From: Synechococcus sp. | Lineage (GTDB): Bacteria; Cyanobacteriota; Cyanobacteriia; PCC-6307; Cyanobiaceae | Direction of reading: 5' to 3' | Assembly (NCBI GenBank): GCA_047285535.1 | Contig: JBJBDC010000001.1 | Span: 1,408,136 to 1,472,135, forward strand | Length of the DNA stretch: 64,000 nt | Part shown: positions 54,748 through 62,497 of the stretch, piece by piece | Layout: every line of letters begins with the position of its first letter | How positions within the stretch are numbered: position 1 is the first letter of the stretch | Notes under the pieces: generated by a model | The model's database searches: none | The model's input: only the letters and a program-made list of their open reading frames with translations | What the model was told of the DNA's origin: nothing | Made by a program: the position numbers and the translations under genes

Positions 54748-55779
54748 TGGGTTTGAAGGACTCAACAGAGGTCTAGCTCCAAAAAAACAGTGCGTCATCA
54801 CCAGAAAGACCAATCGAACCACTTTGCACTATGAATGTACGCATTGAACACACGATTGAATCAAATAGCACATCATCGTGTTGATATGGATTTAGCAATG
54901 ACTTGCCTCGATTCGATCTGAGCCATATGTCACAAAATGCTGATAGGGGCTTCGTTCATGAAGCCACGGAGCTTAATGGCATGACCAATTGACTCATGAG
55001 TCAGATATTTATTGGAACAAAAGCCTGAGCGCTCCAATAAAGTATCGGATAAATTTAAAAATGATTAGAGATAGAGTACAAAAGAGACACGAAGGAAGGT
55101 GATAATTCACAGTCAATCTCAATAAAAATGAATAATTAATTGCCCATGAAGTGAACTCAGAATGCATGCAGGGGCGTAAGCATCAAGAACCAAGATCAGA
55201 GGCCAAATGCGGACAGTGATTGCTCAAAATGGTGTTACGATTTTCGAGCACTAATAACTAAGGTTAATGAATTGAATCAGACCTAGAAGGAGAAGAAAAT
55301 GCAGCTCATTAAATATAAAGCAGATGATTATAGGATCTCAACAAAGCAAAGCAAGGGGAACACGCGAAGCAAGAGGGCAACAAAGACGCTAATAGAATAT
55401 AAAATAAGACCATAACGACTGGTGCTATAAATCTTCAAGAGATAACTACAAAAAATCAAGCTAAAAAGGAGCCTGTCAAAAATTCACCTCTCCAAGTCCC
55501 CCATTGCAAAGCATCCATAAAGTGAAAACCAGTCTATGACTTGACAATACAAAACAATACCTAAAAGAGGACAGGAATCGTCTATTAATAGCAAGAGAAG
55601 AGGAAGTACGAATTAACAAGATCAATCATTTTGAAGTAGACAAGCAACTTCAATCCTAGAGACTCAGGATCTCGGAATGAAATGATATAGCTCATATGAA
55701 AAGTTTCAAATCAGAGCATGCTCTTGACGATTGATGTGCTACAAAGCTCTAATTGACTCGTGTTCTCTATAACAACGTC

Positions 55780-56229
55780 ATGAAACGGATATTGCTGGCA
55801 CTATCGCTACTGATTGCCTACTCACAATTATCTCCAGCACCTATCTATAGCCATGATGCTCATGGTGCAGAAAAGCTTGGAGTCGTTGTTGATGAGATAT
55901 TGAATGATAGCAAAATGTGGAACGGAAAACTGCTTACGAGCTATCCGGATGGGCAACCCAAAATAAAAATACTGCGCATAAAAATCCCCAAAGGAATCAC
56001 ATTACCTTGGCACTATCATCCAGTTATTAATGCGGCTGTAATTCTCAATGGGGTATTAGAACTTAAAACAGTAGATGGCAACACAAAGACCTTCAGTGAA
56101 GGAGATGCTCTCGTAGAGGTTGTCAATATAATTCATTCCGGCAAAGCAGTAGGCGATGAAGACGTTGATTTAATTGTTTTCTATGCAAGCGAGAATGGAC
56201 TACCAACAACAGTTCTTGAAAAACCCTAG
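55780..56229 (+). CDS. Secreted cupin-domain protein
   Basis: Signal peptide; LPWHYHP, G.L.L, EGDALVE...HSG cupin motifs. Confidence 0.88.
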   Translation: MKRILLALSLLIAYSQLSPAPIYSHDAHGAEKLGVVVDEILNDSKMWNGKLLTSYPDGQPKIKILRIKIPKGITLPWHYHPVINAAVILNGVLELKTVDGNTKTFSEGDALVEVVNIIHSGKAVGDEDVDLIVFYASENGLPTTVLEKP

Positions 56230-57518
56230 AGCAATCTATATCTTCACTTGATTCACCATAATGAGAGAAGGATAGTTTCAAAAGTAATACTACCCTCATG
56301 TAAATTTTTACAGCATGCCAGACAAACTAGAAAAATCGAGAATGCATAGACATTCGAATAAAATCAATCGCTTACAGGATTATCAGTATAGTCCACAGGA
56401 GTTTTTCCCTGATGAAAAGTCATTAAATTAAAACTGATCCTCAGTATTCAGGCAAGGAAGCGTGCGTTTTGGCATGAATAATATTCCAGCCAAGGAGGCA
56501 ATCATGCAAATCTGTTTAGCATACGGCTTCACATCAATTTTACTGTTTCAGTGATGAGTCTAATTGACATTTCGAATCAACATGATTTAAAAATGCACCT
56601 TCGACAAAATCAAACAAATTGTCATAGTCAGTATCCAGATCTGGTTCTTCACTGGATCAGATCACAAATTATATTCTAGAAGAACCTGGTTTAGACTATT
56701 AACAGCATTCCGAATATCATACCTACTCGCCCCCCTATTGATTGAACCGTGAGAATAGTCAAATGGATACCTCAGAGGCTTACCAAGTTACTCGATAAGG
56801 TGAGACGTCGAATTGCCTATGTACCAAAAGTAAATGACACTATCTCTTCAATGAAGGAACTAGGTGTCGATCTAAAAGATGATCGACAAATCAAATGACC
56901 AAGGGATTATACAGACTTGAATTATTTAATATTCCAGAGCAAAAATTACTTTTTTAGGATCTCTATGCACAAGCGCTCTCGTTCTCATGAAAATCAAATT
57001 TAAAACAAAAGCGCTTCACAAAGGCCTTTGGAGCAACACCGAGTGAATAAATATTTTCCTAGCAGATCTGGACATTGATCAAAACCATTTTCAACAAATG
57101 GACTTGACGCTTTCAATTGTCATGGGTTAGCGATCTGAGTCGCCTCTTCATTACAAATCCGAACAACGCGAATCGAAGACAATTTATGCAACGAAAAATG
57201 CAATTAGACATGAATCAAACAAAAACCACTAAAAAGAATCCTACAAAAAGGAAAGATATCATTCATTAGGTCAACGGGTCACAGCCAGCAGGCAAAGCAT
57301 CATCAATGTCTTTCACTCACATCACCCAGAACCTTTATTAGTGTGGGGCCAACGCAGATCTCAATAATAAAAACAAACAATAAATTCTAATTACTTGCCG
57401 CGACGATACTATCTCATCTAAAGCAATCGAAGGACATCAAAACATCTGTTCACAACAAAAAACTGGCAAACCAAGAGACATCCTCTTAAGCAAAAGGATC
57501 AGCCAAGAATATAGGTAA

Positions 57519-58421
57519 TTAATTATCACATTTATCGGCAGAATCTTCCAGCTGAAACGTACAATGATGGATGCCTAGAGAATTCATCCTATCCCTAGCA
57601 TTTATGATCAACTCATAATCCTCTTGATTCATTAATAGAGAGCGGACGACATGGGCTGTCAAAGCCACTCTTGATGTACTTAGAGGCCAAACATGCAAGT
57701 GATGAACTGATTGAACTCCTGGCAAAGTTTTCAAACTACTCTCCACTTCATGCAAATCAATATGAGTTGGAGTTGCATCTAACGCTTCTGCTAAAGCTTT
57801 TTTCAACAGATCAATACCCATCCATCCGACACTGCAGCCGACAAGAAGTCCAGTCAGAGGATCCAACCAAAGCCAACCAGTCGCACCCACGAGGAGCGTA
57901 CTCAGAAGCACCGTGGCGGATACCGCAGCATCACTGAGCAAATGTATAACCGCGCTCTTGCGATTAAGATCATGTCCATGATTTCCAAAGAGGCTGGCGG
58001 AGCAAAGATTCACCGCAAGACCAGCTACTGCGGCCCAAGCAATAGGTCCAGTAATAAGGGGAATTGGATTTCCAAATCGCTGCACTGCCTCAACGCAAAC
58101 CACAGCAGAAGCCATCAAAATAAGAACTGCATTGGCGACTGCTGCCATTTGCGTAGAGCGTCCAAATCCATAGCTAAAACGGCCTGTCGGGGCCCTATGA
58201 CTTAGAGATTCCGCTCCCCATCCCAACAAAAGTCCAACAACATCACCGATGTTGTGGACTGCATCGCCAATAAGGGCAATTGAGCCAAACGCGATACCGA
58301 TTGCAATCTGAAGACCACTTAGACCAGCATTAAGCAATACCGTCCAACGAAAAGCCCCATGGTGATGGTGGTGGCTCTCAGAATGATTACTGCTCACAGG
58401 ACAACACAGAAGCAATCCCAA
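57519..58421 (-). CDS. Cation diffusion facilitator (CzcD/ZitB-like) metal exporter
   Basis: His-rich N-terminus, DAVHNIGD and HLLSD site-A motifs, HHLHVW, HCTFQLE. Confidence 0.93.
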   Translation of the reverse strand: MGLLLCCPVSSNHSESHHHHHGAFRWTVLLNAGLSGLQIAIGIAFGSIALIGDAVHNIGDVVGLLLGWGAESLSHRAPTGRFSYGFGRSTQMAAVANAVLILMASAVVCVEAVQRFGNPIPLITGPIAWAAVAGLAVNLCSASLFGNHGHDLNRKSAVIHLLSDAAVSATVLLSTLLVGATGWLWLDPLTGLLVGCSVGWMGIDLLKKALAEALDATPTHIDLHEVESSLKTLPGVQSVHHLHVWPLSTSRVALTAHVVRSLLMNQEDYELIINARDRMNSLGIHHCTFQLEDSADKCDN

Positions 58422-58616
58422 TATGGATCTAGTTCAGCGATATTGGTAAAGATTCGAAGTGACAAATGTTACGCAGAGAATCCGCAATTATAGGCTTTCT
58501 TCTGCCAATACAATCTCACAGCGATGCAACGCAAAGACTAGCCAGCATCAATTGCAAAAGAGTATCAACAACAATTAGCCTCCTTGCTGAACAGAATCAC
58601 TGCAAAGAATACAGCT

Positions 58617-58635
58617 ATTGATTGTGATTCTCAAC
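58617..58635. promoter_or_regulatory. Putative Fur-family box between divergent CDF and ferritin genes
   Basis: ATTGATTGTGATTCTCAAC, 14/18 to ATTGAGAAT-N-ATTCTCAAT. Confidence 0.5.
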
Positions 58636-58727
58636 AGCAAATCTTGTCTTGATAATGTTCGGTTCATTCGCCTTACATCGTCGAAAAAATGTAATAGAAC
58701 GGAGGAGTCCTCGTTTCGGACACCCTC

Positions 58728-59309
58728 ATGACTCAATCCACAACCCAAGCCAAGATCAGCATCGCCACCGGACCTGCTGGTCGTGCCATGGCAGAAGCCA
58801 TGTCACCGGAGATGGTCAGCCAATTGCAGGCCCATCTCAATCTGGAACGGCAATCCTCTGCTGACTATTTCGCTGCAGCCGTCTGGTTTGCAGAGCGCGA
58901 ACTCACTGGTTTTGCTGAACATCTGCGTAATGAAGCCAAGCAGGAGCAGGAGCATGCCGCAAAATTCGCCGACTATCTGATCTCCCGGGGTCAAACCGTT
59001 GAACTCGATACGATCGAAGCACCTCGCCAGACATGGCCCGATCCAGAAGAGGTGATCGCCAACGTTTTCAAGATGGAAGCGGATGTCACCAGTTCTGTGC
59101 TGCAGCTGTATGCCACAGCAGAGCGCGATGTTGATCAACGCACAACGGTTTTCCTTGATCCCGTTGTTGATGATCAGCGAGCCTCAGAACATGAAGCCGC
59201 TTACCTGCTGGGCCGGGTGAAGTATGCCAATGGTGAGCGTGCGGCGATGATGATCATTGACGCCGAACTCAGAGAAGATGAAGCGGAACCCGCAACGCTT
59301 CAGGCTTAA
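58728..59309 (+). CDS. ftn: Non-heme ferritin, picocyanobacterial type with N-terminal extension
   Basis: LERQS..Y, EQEHA, MEADVT, DDQ; GGAGGAG upstream. Confidence 0.93.
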   Translation: MTQSTTQAKISIATGPAGRAMAEAMSPEMVSQLQAHLNLERQSSADYFAAAVWFAERELTGFAEHLRNEAKQEQEHAAKFADYLISRGQTVELDTIEAPRQTWPDPEEVIANVFKMEADVTSSVLQLYATAERDVDQRTTVFLDPVVDDQRASEHEAAYLLGRVKYANGERAAMMIIDAELREDEAEPATLQA

Positions 59310-59380
59310 GCCTCAGTTCAAGCTTCTTGAACAATGCGTTTTCAATGTGGTCTGAATACGGCATGGCCTTACAAATCAAC

Positions 59381-59407
59381 AAAAAACCCCGCTAACGGCG
59401 GGGTTTT
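59381..59407. terminator. Bidirectional intrinsic terminator between ferritin and porin
   Basis: AAAAAACCCCGC-TAACG-GCGGGGTTTT. Confidence 0.85.
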
Positions 59408-59432
59408 CTAATCACTTCCCAATCGAAACTAA

Positions 59433-61142
59433 TTAAAAAGTGAATGTTGTCCTCATAAAACATCCCAATTGATTAAAGCTCCCATTACTGGTCGCCGTAA
59501 ATTGACCCAAGGGTCGGCTCAGGTAAAAGAGTGCTGGAGTCACTGTGATGTTGTCGGTGACTTGGAATCCATACCACCATTCCCAAGCATAATTTCCATC
59601 ATCAGGCGTTTCACCTCCGACCAGTGCAGTAGCAAAGGTTGTTTGGCCTACAGCCATTCCAGCTGAGTTTCCTTGGAGAAAGACATCCTCCCACTTAAGA
59701 GACACTTGCCATGATTGCGACGTCAATACGTAGTCATCTGGAATGTTGTCTTCTTTGAAGTTAGTGGTGTTAATACCCCAGCCTGCGCTGATTGCAGGAA
59801 TCCAACCAGAATCTTCAGGCTGCCAATACGCAGAAAGTGCAAAAGCATTCAGTGATTGGTCTACGTCTTGAAGATAACTTAATTGTGTGTAGGCAGTGGA
59901 ATAAGGAACCAACTCAGGGCGTTGAAGCCAGCTGTACACACCTGCAATCCCCCACTGCTCAGCTTGATAACCAATCTGAACCGTTCCTACACCGTTGGCA
60001 TTATCGGTGAGGATTCCACCTTCGCTTGGGTTGCTGACAGGTCCAGAACCAATGTCGGACACATATTGGAGACTTACAACCCAACCGTTTTTCTCAAAAT
60101 TCAATGCTGCGCCAGGGCCTTGAATTTTGTTGTAGGCCGCGGGCGCACCGTTGAGAGTAAAGACATCAAGCACTGTGTTGCCATCACCCTGTGGATAAGC
60201 AGAAGGCCACATCGGCATCATGTCGTCTTGACCGACTTGTGCACCAAAAATGAAAGTGAAATCACTTCCAATCGGAGTGGAATAAAAAATCTTATCGATA
60301 TAGACGGAATTACCGCCACCACCTGACTCTTCCGAATTTGATGCCACTTCAAGTGTTGAAAGTGTGGTTGGACCACCACCAAATGGTGAGCTGCCGAAAT
60401 TACCTGCACGCAGAGTTGTTGTTAAAAGATCCTTACCGGTGAAGCTAGTGTTGAAATTAATTTGGGTGTCGTAATTGAAGGTGGTGGCCCCATATCTAGT
60501 CTTGACATACTTGGAATATTTTTGCCTGGTTTGAAAATCTACAAAGTCGCTATCTGAAGCCAAGAGCAAACCGAAACCTGGATTACCTGTGTCGCCACCG
60601 TCGATTGGAAAAAGGTTGTTGATTTGAGCAACAACATCTGGTGTGAAACGGAAATCACCCCCGAAGTTGTTAGCACCGATGACAAAGCTAGTTTGACCAT
60701 CAAGCTTCGTAGTTGTAGAGAACTGAGTGGCTTCCAGTTCACCAACACGGGCTTCCAGTCCGTCCACACGGCCCTTGAGGATGGCGAGTTCCTTCTCGAA
60801 CTCTTTCATCAGGCGCTTGAGCTCGTCGGTCACTTCGGTGACGCGATCGAGACAGGCATTCAACAGAGCCGCCGCTTCAAAGCGGGTCATCGCCCTGTTG
60901 CCGCGGTAGGTGCCGTTGGGGTATCCAGCGACGCAGCCATAGCGTTCGATCAGGTTTCTCAGTGCCTGATAGGCCCAATCCGTGGGGTACACATCAGAAA
61001 ACTGAGTGATGCTGGTGACTTGCTCACCAGTGGCGGTGTAGTCAGAGACACCGTTGATGTTCAACTCAGTGGCGTTCGCAGCCATAGGGGCCAGAAGGCC
61101 CAGGGCTGCTGGGGCGACCAGCAGTTGACGAAATAGTTGCAA
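59433..61142 (-). CDS. som: Cyanobacterial SLH-domain porin (Som/OprB-type)
   Basis: FSDVYPTDWAYQAL...TRFEAAALL SLH domain, coiled coil, AWEWWY, terminal F; TTG start. Confidence 0.93.
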   Translation of the reverse strand: MQLFRQLLVAPAALGLLAPMAANATELNINGVSDYTATGEQVTSITQFSDVYPTDWAYQALRNLIERYGCVAGYPNGTYRGNRAMTRFEAAALLNACLDRVTEVTDELKRLMKEFEKELAILKGRVDGLEARVGELEATQFSTTTKLDGQTSFVIGANNFGGDFRFTPDVVAQINNLFPIDGGDTGNPGFGLLLASDSDFVDFQTRQKYSKYVKTRYGATTFNYDTQINFNTSFTGKDLLTTTLRAGNFGSSPFGGGPTTLSTLEVASNSEESGGGGNSVYIDKIFYSTPIGSDFTFIFGAQVGQDDMMPMWPSAYPQGDGNTVLDVFTLNGAPAAYNKIQGPGAALNFEKNGWVVSLQYVSDIGSGPVSNPSEGGILTDNANGVGTVQIGYQAEQWGIAGVYSWLQRPELVPYSTAYTQLSYLQDVDQSLNAFALSAYWQPEDSGWIPAISAGWGINTTNFKEDNIPDDYVLTSQSWQVSLKWEDVFLQGNSAGMAVGQTTFATALVGGETPDDGNYAWEWWYGFQVTDNITVTPALFYLSRPLGQFTATSNGSFNQLGCFMRTTFTF

Positions 61143-61476
61143 ATTGAACTCTCACACCAGAAGATTCAAAATGCATCGCAATGATTCTAATGACCAAAAC
61201 ATATAAACAGGCAGCTACAAATACTACAATTGGACTGATAAAAAGATCATTCACACAAGAATTAGTGAGCCCTAGCATTTCTCTAAGATGATCCGCGTGA
61301 GGCATCGCCCCCCTCAACAAGAAGAGAGAAAAGAGCTCGACCTAACAATCAACAATTACCATTGAATGATTTGCTACATGATCACAAAAGCAGACTTAAC
61401 AAGCCAAGTTAGAATCTCCAAAAGCGTACAAATCACTTTGACCAAAACCGAAGACTACAAGCATCTCACAAAAAAA

Positions 61477-61764
61477 ATGAAAGAGTTTGATAAATTTGAA
61501 TTCTATAATAATATCAACTTGCATCACAAGGAATACAGCATCGGAATTGCCCTTGCTCTCACACTAGGATGGTGTGGAGTTCACAGATTCTGGCTAGGGG
61601 ACTACAAAGGTGGGATTATTTACCTGGCATTCTTCTGGACTTTATTACCATTTTTTTTCTCAATAGTTGACGCGATCTGCATGAAAAAAACGTGTAAAAA
61701 AATAAACAACACTTATGCTGTTGGCGCCTTTAAAAAAGCCTCTCACTCTAATCGACTCACTTAA
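61477..61764 (+). CDS. TM2-domain membrane protein
   Basis: LALTLGWCGVHRFWLG...YLAFFWT...IVDAI. Confidence 0.85.
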   Translation: MKEFDKFEFYNNINLHHKEYSIGIALALTLGWCGVHRFWLGDYKGGIIYLAFFWTLLPFFFSIVDAICMKKTCKKINNTYAVGAFKKASHSNRLT

Positions 61765-61855
61765 GCCATTAAAAACCTTAAGTGAAATTGCATTTCAAGT
61801 TTGATTTTATCCACACACAATTAGGAGGCTTAGCTTCTCAGTCGATACCAAATAT

Positions 61856-62389
61856 TTATGCAACAGCAGCAGAGTTGAGATTAGAAGCACCTTGCAAATT
61901 TGCTAAAAATGTACCATCAAAAAATTGCTGATCAAGCAAAAGCATTGCGGCAGTATTTGTATTAGCCAATCTCAGTCGTTTGCAGATAAAACGGGCTTCT
62001 GATTCTTCTTTCACCTGTTCATCAATAAACCAATCCAGCATAACCGTTGCAGGCCGGTGGTTGCAGCGCTCAGCAATACCATAAATATGATTAATTGAGG
62101 CTGTTACTTCTTTCTCCATAGAATAAACATTTGAGAACAAATCTTCTAAAGAGTTCCATTCACAAGCTGGGGCCTCAATCGATGGAAGCTCAACTTTTTC
62201 ATCATTATCCACAAGGAAAGTAATCATGCGGGATGCGTGGGTTCTTTCTTCATTACTTTTCGTTTCCATGTATGCAGAGAATCCAATCAGATCCTTTTCT
62301 CTTAGCCAGATGGACATCGCAAGATAGGTATGACTAGCTTGGAATTCGCAAGCCAGATGATTGTTAATAGCAGAAGTGAGTTCTTTCAT
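61856..62389 (-). CDS. ftn: Non-heme ferritin, FtnA-like
   Basis: CEFQASHTY, EERTHA, MEKEVT, WFIDEQVKEE; start at ATG 62389. Confidence 0.94.
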   Translation of the reverse strand: MKELTSAINNHLACEFQASHTYLAMSIWLREKDLIGFSAYMETKSNEERTHASRMITFLVDNDEKVELPSIEAPACEWNSLEDLFSNVYSMEKEVTASINHIYGIAERCNHRPATVMLDWFIDEQVKEESEARFICKRLRLANTNTAAMLLLDQQFFDGTFLANLQGASNLNSAAVA

Positions 62390-62497
62390 GAGAAAAACAA
62401 AATTACGAGACAAGAAGAAAAGAGTGAGACAAACTATTATCAAAGCATGCAATCCACCACGAACACAAAAGAGAAGTGCATGATTGATAACGTATTT

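Noticed and set aside
55299..56898. Short ORFs 55299-55415 (38 aa), about 56504-56679 and 56749-56898 (49 aa), some with SD-like sequences
   Set aside because: No motif or compositional support; cannot be distinguished from chance without conservation data
60624..61136. 170-aa antisense ORF over the porin, and the many other shadow ORFs in the track
   Set aside because: Antisense open frames are expected over codon-biased genes; no recognisable motifs
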